Positions 9,017 to 19,633 are shown, numbered from the stretch's first letter. The stretch is DNA of 64,000 nucleotides from an uncultured delta proteobacterium (GCA_963803975.1 CAWDOY010000045.1:1-64000), one strand, 5' to 3'. Numbers and translations: made by a program. Notes: generated by a model not told the origin, from the letters alone.

Positions 9017-12000
9017 ATGGAAGAACAAAAAGATACCAAGGAAACCCCTGATCAGAACGGAGCCTCAGCCCCTGACAGTCTTCCAGATAATATAGAAAAG
9101 CTCCTCCAGGAACGGAAAAAGATTGATGACCTGCTCAAAGAGAAGTTTACCCGGCAGGTAACCGTCATGTTCACCGACATCAAGGGCTCCACATCCTTCT
9201 TCGAATCCCATGGAGATATCGAGGGCCGGCAGATGGTGCAGCAGCACAATGACATGCTGTTCCCCCTGATCGAGAGCTATCAGGGGCGGGTCATAAAAAC
9301 TATTGGCGATGCCATCATGGCGGGCTTTGATGATCCGGTTATGGCGGTCCGTGCCGGCTCGAACATGCAGCAGACTTTGAGTGACCACAACAAAGGAAAA
9401 GCTGCAAAAGAGCAGATTCACATCCGTATCGGCATCAATACCGGTGAAGGGATTGTCGAGTCCCGGGACATTTTCGGCGATGTGGTAAATGTGGCGGCCC
9501 GCGTTGAAGCGCTCTGTGCTCCGGACCAGATTCTCATCTCCGCACCGGTCTATGACGGGGTGCGCAAAACTGATGATATTATCTGCCGCTATGTCACGCA
9601 GGCACAGGTGAAAGGTAAAGAAGAGCCCCTGGACATATACCGCGTGGTGTGGGGCGATGAAGAGATGGTTGCCGGTGCCACCCGCTCCGGAGTCTCTGGT
9701 GCGGCGGAAAAGCTTACTAACAAGAAACGGGACGTGCGCCGGCGCCTGGAAATGGACCTTACCCGGGAAGGCAACAACCTGAAAGTCACCGCCCTGGTCC
9801 TCACTGAGAAAGAATCAAGCTCGCTTCGCCCCTATGAGGAAATGCATGTCTCCATGGACAAAATCGAAGAACGCAGCCAGGAGGTTATCAGTGTTTTGAG
9901 CCGGGCCAACACCCGCGGCCGCGTTTCAAAAGATATTCTGGCAAAACTGCGTGATATCGGGTCAGTGCTGTTTGATAATCTGCTGACCACGCGGGCCAAA
10001 GAAGTTATCCGCGCCACCGCAGTGCAGGACCTGGTCTTTAATATCGATGATACCCTGGTGCACATTCCCTGGGAGCTCCTCTATGACGGCGAGCAGTTTC
10101 TCTGCCGGAAATTTAACATGGGCAGAATTGTTAAAACCAGACAATCAATGGTGAACATAAAGACCCGGGTCCTGTCCCTGCCCCTGAAGATGCTGATACT
10201 GTCTGACCCGCGCGGCGACCTAAAGAGCGCTTTTGACGAAGGCCGCCTGATCCGGGAAGGGATGGATAAGAGCCCTTCCCGGGTGAATGCCAACCACCGC
10301 AGCGGGCAGATCAGCGCTGACTATATCATGGAGAAGCTGAGAAACTTTGATATGGTCCACTATGCGGGCCATGCAGACTATGATGCGAAAAACCCTTCCA
10401 ACAGCGGGTGGCTCCTGGAGGGCGGCAAGTTCACCTCTGCTGATATTATGAAGCTGGTGGGCGGCCGGCCATTGCCGGCCATGGTATTCTCTAATGCCTG
10501 CCAGTCCGGCCAGACCGAAGAATGGAAGCTCGAACAAAAATACAGCGAAAAAATATTCGGTCTGGCAAACGCCTTTCTGCTCGCCGGCGTGCAGCACTAC
10601 ATTGGCACCTTTTGGGAGGTGCTCGATGAGCCCAGCGCGCGCTTTGCTGAAAAGTTTTATCAATACATGCTTGACGGCGCTCCCATCGGAGAAGCGCTGC
10701 GGATGGCGCGGCTCTGCCTGGTAAAAGAATACGGGGAAGATACTATGGTGTGGGCAAGCTATATGCTCTATGGAGACCCGGGGGCCAATTATTTTGCCTC
10801 TGCCGAAACAGGGGCAGAGGAGGAGGAAAAGGAAGCACCGGCCCGGGCTGCGCCCGGGGCAGCGCAGCTCAGAAGCACTGCCCGGGAAACCGTCTCTTTT
10901 GATAAACAGCAGGCCGCCGGGATAAAAAGAAAGCGCCTGGTGCTGGGCAGCGTGCTCGCGCTGCTGGTGCTGATCGGCGCAGCTCTGCTGGCGCAGTGGC
11001 AGCGGGGTCAGGAGGTACCGGAACCCTATGGGCGGGCTTACGCGCTGCTGCAGGCCAGTCAGCCTGAGCAGGCACAGCGCTCATTTGAGCAGCTCCCCGA
11101 TAATGATTCCCGGCGCTTTGAGGGGCTGGCAGCAGTGCTGTTTGAGAGCGGGGACCTGGACAAGGCGCGGGAAATGACCGCTAAGGCACTTGAGCTCTTC
11201 CCCGGAAACATGTATGCGCATGTCATTAACGGCAGCATTCTGTTCTCCCAGGGAAAGCTTGATGAGGCTGCCCAGGAATATGAAAAAGCGGCACAGCAGA
11301 AGCGGGCCCCGTCCTGGCAGCGCGCGGAGGCGCTCAATGGTCTGGGACGGATCTATTCATCGCAGGGAGATGCGGAAAAGTCCCTCGTCTACTATGGTGA
11401 GGCGGCGTCCCTGAATCCTGCAAGCTCGGTCATCAACACCAATCAGGGCGTGGCTCTGGAAAGGAAGGGAAGTGTCGCAGAAGCAGCTGCCTATTACCGG
11501 AAAGCGGTAACAGCGAATCCGCAGGACGCGGTAGCAACAAGTCTTCTTGCCGATGCTGAGCGGAAGCAGAAGGCTGGCGATGATACGTCACGGCAGGAAA
11601 GGATTGACAAGCTTGTCAATGACCTGGTCGCAGCAAGTAAAAAGGCACCAGCAGCAAAACCGTTGCAGGATGCCTGGACATCGCGGCCCATTACGTTAAG
11701 CTTTGTAAATTTTCAGCATAAGGGCGGCTTTTCAATGCGGGAAGGGGAGGACGAGTTTTTCCAGCTGAAATTAAACGGGCTCCTCCAGGAAAGCGGGCGG
11801 GTGCAGGTTGTTGAGCGCGAGCTGCTGGATAAGCTTCTGGAAGAATTGAAGCTGAGCACTACCGATCTGGTAGATCCCCAGAAAGCCCTTGCAGTGGGAA
11901 AGATTCTTGCGGCACGGCTCATTGCAACCGGGTCTATGATGCGCTATGGAAAAGAGATTCAAACCAGCATCCGCCTGACAGAAACAGAAACCACCAGCCT

Positions 12001-12325
12001 CAAGGCAGCTATTGCTGAAACAGAAAAGGACATTAACCAGTTAGCAGAGAAGACCGCGCGCCAGATACTGGCAAAGCTTGCCCGGGCCTATCCGATACGG
12101 GGATATATCACCGCTGTCGAGGGTACTAACGTGGTATTAAACATCGGTTCCGAGGTGGGGGTGCAGCAGGGAATGGGCTTTAACGTGTTCGATGCAGGCA
12201 AGGAAGTCAGGGAAATTGGCACCATCCAGATAGCAGCGGTTGATAGTAAGAGCGCCTCTGCAGCACCGGCAAAGGAGATAACGGGCCTTGCCAAGGGCAT
12301 GAAGGTGGAGGCCATTATCAACTAA
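9017..12325 (+). CDS. Class III adenylate/guanylate cyclase - CHAT protease - TM - TPR - CsgG/FlgT-like fusion protein
   Basis: MFTDIKGST, IKTIGDA and DIFGDVVNVAAR cyclase motifs; IPWELL, HYAGH and SNACQS CHAT motifs; TM helix at about aa 641-660; TPRs; VVERELLDKLLEE CsgG-like region; VVLNIGSEVGVQQGM FlgT-C-like end. Confidence 0.88.
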   Translation: MEEQKDTKETPDQNGASAPDSLPDNIEKLLQERKKIDDLLKEKFTRQVTVMFTDIKGSTSFFESHGDIEGRQMVQQHNDMLFPLIESYQGRVIKTIGDAIMAGFDDPVMAVRAGSNMQQTLSDHNKGKAAKEQIHIRIGINTGEGIVESRDIFGDVVNVAARVEALCAPDQILISAPVYDGVRKTDDIICRYVTQAQVKGKEEPLDIYRVVWGDEEMVAGATRSGVSGAAEKLTNKKRDVRRRLEMDLTREGNNLKVTALVLTEKESSSLRPYEEMHVSMDKIEERSQEVISVLSRANTRGRVSKDILAKLRDIGSVLFDNLLTTRAKEVIRATAVQDLVFNIDDTLVHIPWELLYDGEQFLCRKFNMGRIVKTRQSMVNIKTRVLSLPLKMLILSDPRGDLKSAFDEGRLIREGMDKSPSRVNANHRSGQISADYIMEKLRNFDMVHYAGHADYDAKNPSNSGWLLEGGKFTSADIMKLVGGRPLPAMVFSNACQSGQTEEWKLEQKYSEKIFGLANAFLLAGVQHYIGTFWEVLDEPSARFAEKFYQYMLDGAPIGEALRMARLCLVKEYGEDTMVWASYMLYGDPGANYFASAETGAEEEEKEAPARAAPGAAQLRSTARETVSFDKQQAAGIKRKRLVLGSVLALLVLIGAALLAQWQRGQEVPEPYGRAYALLQASQPEQAQRSFEQLPDNDSRRFEGLAAVLFESGDLDKAREMTAKALELFPGNMYAHVINGSILFSQGKLDEAAQEYEKAAQQKRAPSWQRAEALNGLGRIYSSQGDAEKSLVYYGEAASLNPASSVINTNQGVALERKGSVAEAAAYYRKAVTANPQDAVATSLLADAERKQKAGDDTSRQERIDKLVNDLVAASKKAPAAKPLQDAWTSRPITLSFVNFQHKGGFSMREGEDEFFQLKLNGLLQESGRVQVVERELLDKLLEELKLSTTDLVDPQKALAVGKILAARLIATGSMMRYGKEIQTSIRLTETETTSLKAAIAETEKDINQLAEKTARQILAKLARAYPIRGYITAVEGTNVVLNIGSEVGVQQGMGFNVFDAGKEVREIGTIQIAAVDSKSASAAPAKEITGLAKGMKVEAIIN

Positions 12326-12390
12326 GTCCTTCGATTCATAAATTCGATGACGAATTTCTTCCCTCAGGACGTAGAGGGGCGGGGGCAGCC

Positions 12391-13811
12391 ATGTCTCAGC
12401 GGACCAAAACACAGCACCTGAAGGTTAATGAGCATACTATGCAGAGAGCACTGAAAAAGAGATTACCGGCGATTCATCCATGCACACTCATGCTGGTTGT
12501 TTTTTTACTCTGCCCGGTTCACCGCGCAGCTGCGCAAATCTTTTCCGATGTGCAGATCAATGCATCGCCCAACCCGGTTGGCTCCGGCGCACGCGCCCAG
12601 GGCATGGGCGGAGCGTTTATTGCCGTGGCGGATGATGCCACTGCTGCCTCCTGGAACCCCGGCGGTCTCATCCAGCTTGAGCGCCCGGAATTTTCTATTG
12701 TGGGCTCCTATGCATACCGGAAACGCCACGTTAACTCGGCCAGCAACCCGGAAGCTGACGGCTGGAACAGCGTAACCCGGGAGGACTTGAATTACCTGAG
12801 CTGTGCGCTGCCCTTCAGGGCCTTTGATAAAAACTTTGTTGTTTCCTTAAACTACCAGCGGCTCTACGACTTTTACAACAAGCTCTCCTTTGACTACGAC
12901 TACCGCTCGACCGGGAACAGCGGCATCTTTCAGAATGTACAGACAAAAACAGATTTCAACCAGACCGGGGCCTTGAAGGCGTTTGCCCCGGCCCTTGCCG
13001 TTCAGCTCACCCCGCGCCTGTCAGTCGGCGCAACCTTCAATTTCTGGACCGACAATCTTGGCTATAATAACGGCTGGCAAAATGTGAGAAAAGTTACCGG
13101 GAAGGGGTTTGCGCTTCTCCCGAACGGCAAGCTCGTCCAGTCCCGGTATCAATCGATCACCAAGGAAAAAAATGAAAATTTTGAAGCGTTCAATATGAAC
13201 CTGGGGTTTCTCTGGCAGGTGAACAGGGTTATTACCATAGGCGGTGTATTCAAAACACCGTTCATTGCTGATGCCGATCGACACACCTACAGCTCAAGTA
13301 CTGCCTATACGCTTGGTCAGAGTCCTCCACGGCCTAATCATTTATCAGATAATGAACATATCCGGCTGAAGTTTCCCAAGTCTTACGGGCTCGGGTATTG
13401 CCTTCAGGCTGTCTGATGCATGTAACCGTGGACTTAGATGTGTACCGGACCGAGTGGTCTGAATTTTATGTGCGGGCTGGCGGGGCAAAGACCAATATTG
13501 CCGGTGACCCCTGGGGCAAAACTCATCCCGGAGATACCACCCAGGTGCGGGCTGGCGGTGAATACCTGTTTATTCTCGAAAGGACCCTGGTTCCGGTACG
13601 CTTTGGCCTGTTCTACGACCCGGAGCCGTCAACAGGGCACCCCAAGGATTACTACGGCGTAAGCGCCGGCACCGGGGTCATGCTGGGGAATGTGGTGCTT
13701 GACTGCTGCTATATTTACCGCTGGGCTGATGGCGTGAAGTCAGAAGTTCCCAATGCCAAGAGAGATGATCAACAGCACACGTTTCTCGCTTCAATGATCA
13801 TTCACTTTTAA
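12391..13811 (+). CDS. Outer-membrane beta-barrel, FadL/OmpP1/TodX-like (frameshift about 13390-13425; start uncertain)
   Basis: Signal peptide, GSGARAQGMGGAFIAVADDATAASWNPGGL motif, amphipathic strands and C-terminal Phe. Confidence 0.8.
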
Positions 13812-13815
13812 AAAA

Positions 13816-15934
13816 ATGACGCCTATGAAAACTACAAGACTACTTCCGGTCATAGTCCTTTGCAGCGCGATCAGTATAATCGCGTTAGCCGGCGGCTGCA
13901 ATACCCCCCCGGACAAAAAGTATTCTAAGGATGGCAGGCAGTACGGCGTGGTAAAGGGGCTGTTCAGAGAGCGCTGGTGGAACTTCTACGAACGCGGGAG
14001 CTCTTTTTTACAGGGCGGTTTCTATCCCGAAGCCATAGCAGATTTTAAAGAGGCGCTCCGGCAGCGGGACCGTGACCAGCGCAGGGCTCGGACCTATGGC
14101 ATGCACTTTATAGACTATTTTCCTCACCGCGAACTGGGTGCATCCTATTTTCACACTGGTAATTTTAGCGAAGCGCAGAAAGAGCTTGAAGCATCTCTGT
14201 CCGAGGCAGATTCCGGCAGGGCCAAGTACTATTTAAACGAGGTGCGCAGGGCCATCCTCAAAACCTCTAAGGCAGATACTGCCCCTGCCACTATAAACCT
14301 GACCGCAGGAGGGGCAGAAGCCGTCAGCAACCGTTTTAACCTGAAAGTTGCAGGGGTGGTCGAAGATGAAGCATACGCCCGCACGGTCGCAGTAAACGAT
14401 GACCCGCTGTTTATTGAGCTGGCAGAGAAAAAGCTCGAGTTTTCTAAAGAAATAAAACTTAAAAAAGGTTTAAATGAGATCAGGATTAAAACGAGCGACC
14501 TGCTCGGTAATGTTTCAGAAAAAACAATTGCCGTAACCGGAGATTTTGAAGGCCCGCAGTTAAACGTCAACAATGCTGCTGACGGGCAGGAGGTAGGGCA
14601 GAACAAAATCGTATTACGCGGCGCCATTGCTGATGCGTCGGGCATTACCTCACTCACAATTAACGACCAGCAGCTTGCCTATAATAAAGAGCGGGACGTT
14701 GAGTTCAGCTATACCGTACAGCTCCATGAGGGCAGTAATACCATAAAACTGGCTGCCCATGATGTGGCAGGCAATAGAACAACCAATGAATTAAACCTTA
14801 TCTATGTGCCAAAGCTTGCGTACCGAAAACCATTGCATAACGTTGTCACCAAAGGCCATCGCAATGAGCAAAGAGCCCATTCGCCTGGCCCTGAGCGGCG
14901 AGGGCATTCTTGATACCGGCGCGCACCGTTTGTTTACGGCAGCTCTCCAGGAGCAGATGGGATCAGCGTTCAAGCTGACGCTCAAGGAGCTCGCAGACAA
15001 ACAGACCGTTTTTTATGACACCATGTATATAGATGGCAGCGTCTCCGGCCCTGATGACATTAGCGCAGTAACAATAAACAGCTCCCCGCTCTCAATTAAG
15101 AAGCCGGGCAAAACCATTTTCTTCAGCCAGCTCATAGAGCTGAAGCAGGGCGACAACAAGATCATTATCGAAGTTCAGGATACAAAGGGCGCCACAGCAT
15201 CAAAAACAGTCACCATAACGTATCAGATACCGGCAGTGAAGAAAATAGGCTCCCGGATGAGCGTGGCAGTGCTTCCCTTTGAACAGAAAGGTGACGCCAC
15301 GCCGGCAAGCAGCAGTATCTATGACAACCTGGTAACGGCATTTTTGAATCAGGAGCGTTTCAATATTGTAAGCAGAGGCCCGGAGCTCGAGGCTGCGCTC
15401 AGGGAATTAAAGCTCAGCACCACTGATCTGGCGGACAAAACCAAGGCATTGCAGGTGGGTAAAATTATTGCTGCCGAGGGCATCCTGACGGGAACCGTCA
15501 ATGAGACCAAAAACTCGATTGAAATCTATGCCCGCCTCATCAACACGGAAACCTCCGGCCTCATGGATGCAAAGGACGTGTATGCAGAGGACAAAAACCT
15601 TGCCCAGATCCAGTTCATTGCCAACGGACTCGCCTGGAAGTTTAAGCACAGCTTTCCGCTTGTCGAAGGCATCGTGATCAAAGCAGCAGGGAAAGAGGTC
15701 TATGCTGATTTTGGCAGCGCCAGCCGCGTCAAGAAGGACATGAAATTTATCGTCTTCAGGGAGGGCGAGATTATGGTGCATCCCGTAACCGGGAAAAAAC
15801 TTGGCGCTGAAACAAAAGAGCTGGGACAGGCCCGGGTCATAACCGTTCTGGAGGATATGACCGTCGGGAAACTTATAGCAGAAGTTATTGCCGGAGAGCA
15901 GATCCAGGTCAAGGATAAAATAATAACCAAATAG
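13816..15934 (+). CDS. Lipoprotein with TPR, Ig-like repeats and C-terminal CsgG/FlgT-like module (frameshift about 14810-14870)
   Basis: LAGGC lipobox; TPR; repeated L.KG.N.I.I.A.D..GN Ig-like units; VAVLPF...ERFNIVSR CsgG-like domain; HPVTGKKLG FlgT-C-like end. Confidence 0.78.
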
Positions 15935-15936
15935 CC

Positions 15937-15995
15937 GGCTGTTGAAAAACACCCATCGGTCTTGCCATGCGTCGGGATTGCGCCATCAGCGACGT
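15937..15995. repeat. Partial copy of the MITE-like element at 30413
   Basis: ggctgttgaaaaacacccatc (15937-15957) identical to 30418-30438. Confidence 0.65.
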
Positions 15996-16176
15996 AATTT
16001 ATATTTCATATTGCAAGCAGGGATTTGTAATCATGAGTATGACTATAGACAGAATGAAAAAAGCAATGGAGAAAAGAAACGCTTCAGAGCCTTCTGCTGT
16101 CAGAGAACCGTGTTATGTCTGCAAAGCCATCTCAACAAAAAACAGCAGAAAGGGGAAATCACATGCGAGGCAAAGC

Positions 16177-16937
16177 ATGAAAGATCCTGTTTAAAGAAAT
16201 AGACAAACTTCAAACGGAAATAAATCAATACCGGCCATTGGATAAACGGCTTATTGAACAGCAAAAAGAATATTTCCGTATCGGTTTAACCTACAGCAGT
16301 AACGCCCTGGAAGGTAACTCTTTGACAGAAAATTGAAACCCGTAAGAGAATCAGATAGTTGATAGAAGAGTAGGGATTATCCATTGGCGGGAAACCATTA
16401 AAAGACCACTTTGAGGCAAGTAACTTGGCCACAGCGAGGCTTTTGATTTCATCTATCAAGCACTTCGCGTCAAAGGAAAGACCATTTCAGAACGCAGGAT
16501 ATAAAAGAGTTACACAGACTTTTTTACTTCAGGATAGATAAAGAAAATGCGGGGGAGTATAGAAAAGTTAAGGCATATATTACGGGTTCAAAGTATCCTC
16601 TTCCGGCTCCTGACGAGATCCCCAAGCTTATGATAAAGTTTATCGCAAATCTTAAATCCTCAAAAAAGAAAAGCATCCAGTTGAGCTTGCAGCATTAGCG
16701 CATAAAGAGTTTGTCTTTATTCACCCATTTGTTGACGGCAATGGGAGAGTAGGACGGCTGTTAATGAATTTAATTCTTTTGCAAGCGGGCTTCACCATAA
16801 CTATCATTCCGCCGGTAGTAAGACCGGAATATTTACAGACTCTGGAAAAAGCACATACCAGCGACAGTGATTTTATAACACTCATAGCCCGTATGGTACG
16901 GGAGACACAAAAGGATTTCCTGCGGCTATTTAAATAG
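16177..16937 (+). pseudogene. Fic family protein, multiply frameshifted (pseudogene or assembly error)
   Basis: Manual translation gives TYSSNALEGNSLT and FIHPFVDGNGRVGRLLMN; several indels between 16180 and 16700. Confidence 0.85.
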
Positions 16938-16984
16938 GAATCTGGCACTCTCCAGCTTTGTGGCGCGATTTCCTGTATAAAAAT

Positions 16985-17021
16985 AAAATGGGTCAGCTAA
17001 TTTGCAGCTAACCCATTTTTT
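16985..17021. terminator. Bidirectional intrinsic terminator
   Basis: aaaatgggtcagct...agctaacccatttttt hairpin between the Fic gene and the tRNA 3' copy. Confidence 0.7.
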
Positions 17022-17025
17022 GCTT

Positions 17026-17083
17026 TGGTGCCTGGGACGAGAATCGAACTCATACAGGGCTAAGCCCCGAGGGATTTTAAGTC
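17026..17083 (-). repeat. att-like direct repeat: 3' part of tRNA-Leu(TAA) including CCA
   Basis: Matches 23883-23937 with one mismatch, runs from the anticodon arm to the 3' end and adds an encoded CCA. Confidence 0.9.
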
Positions 17084-17244
17084 AAGAACCCTTGAGTTTC
17101 CTAATCTCCTAAAATTATTAAACAAATTGAATTAACTTGCTTTTTGAAATTCTAAGTTTTTAGCAAATTTTGGAAAGTTTTTCACACACAGAAAGCTGAG
17201 TGTATTTTAAAATTTTACATAAACATCTCAGCGTCTGAAACACA

Positions 17245-17794
17245 TTATTGTACAACCCAGACCTGCTGCTGCGACCAGTATCCCGGACCACCCGGTCTTT
17301 CCTCCCAATGTCCCATCACCCACACATCACGGCTCTTGTCGTAATACTGTTCAACCCAGGATCTCTGGCTACCTGATACCCAGATCTGTTGAGTCTCCCA
17401 ATGGCCGCTCGGGGCATAATAAACAGGAGTAGGTGCATAGTAGACTGGAGCAGGTGCATAATAAGCCGGAGCATAGTATCCATAACCGTAGTAGGGAGCG
17501 CCATAGCCATAATAAGGATATCCTCCCAGATTTATTCCAACTGCCCAGCTGTTATAATAACCACCGTGGCCACCATAGTATCCACCGCCATGACCATAGT
17601 AGCCCCTATGGCCACCATAGTATCCACCGCCTGCTGTACCCACCGCCGCCATAGTGTCCACCGCCACCATGACCGTAACCCCCACGGCCCCCAGAGTATC
17701 CACCACCTCCATGACCCCCACGGCCTCCCGCATAGACAGCAGTAGATAGTGAAAGACATAAAACAAAGATTATAAACGAGATTAATTTTTTCAT
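17245..17794 (-). CDS. Secreted Gly/Tyr/His-rich low-complexity protein (frameshift near 17630)
   Basis: Signal peptide MKKLISFIIFVLCLSLSTAVYA, then GGYYGGH repeats, YYAP repeats and a Trp-rich tail. Confidence 0.75.
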
Positions 17795-17941
17795 CAGCCT
17801 ATCCTCCTTATTTCATGAATTCCCAATATGTAAACTGAGAACCCTTTTTCATTCAAACATTATACCCCTTCTATTTCCTTTATCCTATATATATTATAGC
17901 ACAGTCACGGAATTTTCTACTGAACCATTACATGATGGAAT

Positions 17942-18154
17942 TTAGAGCTTAATTATGAACGGAGCTATTATTAAAGTCAAACATACCAATATTAGAATTG
18001 TGAGATTTTCAATGAAATATGGAATTACGCACAAGCCAATACCTGCCACTAACGGAATTACCTTCGCTTGTCTTTTTCCGTAGACAAAATATGCAAAACC
18101 AAAGCATCCGGCAAAGATACCAATCATTAATGTTGTAGAATTCACTGTAATCAC
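17942..18154 (-). CDS. Small membrane protein
   Basis: 70 aa with hydrophobic segments and GFAYFVYGKRQ...PYF pattern. Confidence 0.6.
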   Translation of the reverse strand: MITVNSTTLMIGIFAGCFGFAYFVYGKRQAKVIPLVAGIGLCVIPYFIENLTILILVCLTLIIAPFIIKL

Positions 18155-18168
18155 TCTCTGCTCTGAAC

Positions 18169-18600
18169 TTAAGAACTACATCTCCCCCCGCACACAGTCA
18201 TAGGAATCCGAACACAGTTTGTCTTCTCCGGGTTAGCAGCCATTTTCTCTACCATGGGGTCAAATTTGTTCTCGGGTACTCCCATCTTTTTTGCAAGTAG
18301 CCTTACAAAGAACAGTAGATCCTCTTTTGTGGTGAGTCGTTCTGCTTTTCCCTCAATAATAACTGCCTTCCATTCCCGGTAGCTTTTATCAGAATTACAT
18401 ATCTTATAGGCTACCTTCTGGTTCTGCTTGATGCACCGTGCCATCCTTCCTCCCGGCATTGACCCGCAGTAAATATAATTACCCTCAGTAGCATAGGTGT
18501 TTTCTACAGCATACGGTTGATCTCCCTCCACTCCTATCAAGGTTCCCCACGTCCACTCCTCGATAAAATCCCTTATCTCTTTCTCAGTCATGTCTCTCAT
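18169..18600 (-). CDS. Pyridoxamine 5'-phosphate oxidase / NimA-like flavin-binding protein
   Basis: WGTLI...PYAV..Y...IY..S..G...I..N.KV...WKAVIIEGKAE split-barrel pattern; gagagg RBS. Confidence 0.75.
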   Translation of the reverse strand: MRDMTEKEIRDFIEEWTWGTLIGVEGDQPYAVENTYATEGNYIYCGSMPGGRMARCIKQNQKVAYKICNSDKSYREWKAVIIEGKAERLTTKEDLLFFVRLLAKKMGVPENKFDPMVEKMAANPEKTNCVRIPMTVCGGRCSS

Positions 18601-18657
18601 AAAATCCTCTCTTTCAAAAAATAAAAAACCCACCAATTCTTTGGCATAGCAACTAAT

Positions 18658-18840
18658 TTATAGCACCACAAGCCGATATAACTCAGCCTCATAATCAGTC
18701 AATGTTAATAGTTCGCCATTATCGAGGGTAATCTCCCACATGTTTGTGTAAATTCCAGTACCCTCAAAATCTTTGTGAGTTTTTTGGTCAGTAATTTTTA
18801 CTCTTTGTAACGGAGCTGCCATTCCTTTATTGGTTGTCAT
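18658..18840 (-). CDS. Hypothetical protein
   Basis: 60 aa ORF co-oriented with its neighbours. Confidence 0.4.
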   Translation of the reverse strand: MTTNKGMAAPLQRVKITDQKTHKDFEGTGIYTNMWEITLDNGELLTLTDYEAELYRLVVL

Positions 18841-18878
18841 TTTTTATAAGGTGTTAAAAAGAACATCTGCAAAATTAT

Positions 18879-19562
18879 TTAAGTGGCTGGGGTTTGTGTT
18901 GTACAGGGATCACTGATCAGGAAAAACTCCAACAAACCCCGTACAAGGCTTAAATAGTCAGAGGCTGCAGGGGTTCCTGAGCAAATGAAAACATTTAAAA
19001 CTCTTGCTATATAATTGCATATTCTTATTATGGTCTGGTTTTGTACTATTTGCTTGCACAGTGTCTGATCCGGAGTTTCGGAATTCATTATCTGGCATAA
19101 TCTGTATGACTGAAATGCTGAAATAATACTTCCAATATTACCGGTAATATTAACTATCAGACACACAGTGTCTCCACCGGCAGAAATAGTGGTTACTGTG
19201 CTCACTAATGACGATAGCGTGTCAAATACACCCCAAAGAGCAAATAGACATTGTGGATTGATTTGTGTGCCATCCTGTAGCACAGCCATATCTGCGGCAT
19301 AATCATCTACGATGGTTTTAAGTTGTTTATTATCTTTATTCTTTAAAGCGATTAGAAGATCATCAAGCAGGATCTGTGTTCTTAATGCTGCAGATGAAAG
19401 CTCGTCACCTTTATCGCTTGCCTGTAAGTCACGCTGCATAATGATTAAGAGTTTTTTTAGAAGGGCTTCATTGGATTGTTGTTGTGAAGCCAGTGCCTGC
19501 ATTGGCACTGCGCTTACCATGAAGCAGCAGAGCAGAAAAATGGCGAAAAGTTTTTTTGTCAT
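18879..19562 (-). CDS. Secreted Cys-containing hypothetical protein
   Basis: Signal peptide ending ALA; aaggag RBS; predicted helical. Confidence 0.7.
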   Translation of the reverse strand: MTKKLFAIFLLCCFMVSAVPMQALASQQQSNEALLKKLLIIMQRDLQASDKGDELSSAALRTQILLDDLLIALKNKDNKQLKTIVDDYAADMAVLQDGTQINPQCLFALWGVFDTLSSLVSTVTTISAGGDTVCLIVNITGNIGSIISAFQSYRLCQIMNSETPDQTLCKQIVQNQTIIRICNYIARVLNVFICSGTPAASDYLSLVRGLLEFFLISDPCTTQTPAT

Positions 19563-19633
19563 ACTTATATCTCCTTTAAATAAAGAAAGTCGGTTAATTA
19601 TTGACTGAATTAAACTTGGTTTTCAAATATTAC

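Noticed and set aside
9017..12325. CBASS or type III-E CRISPR (Craspase) assignment for the cyclase-CHAT gene
   Set aside because: The cyclase is class III, not a CD-NTase; no cas or Cap genes are present; the neighbours are envelope proteins.
17026..17083. Additional functional tRNA gene
   Set aside because: Lacks the 5' acceptor strand and D-arm; it is an att-like duplicate.
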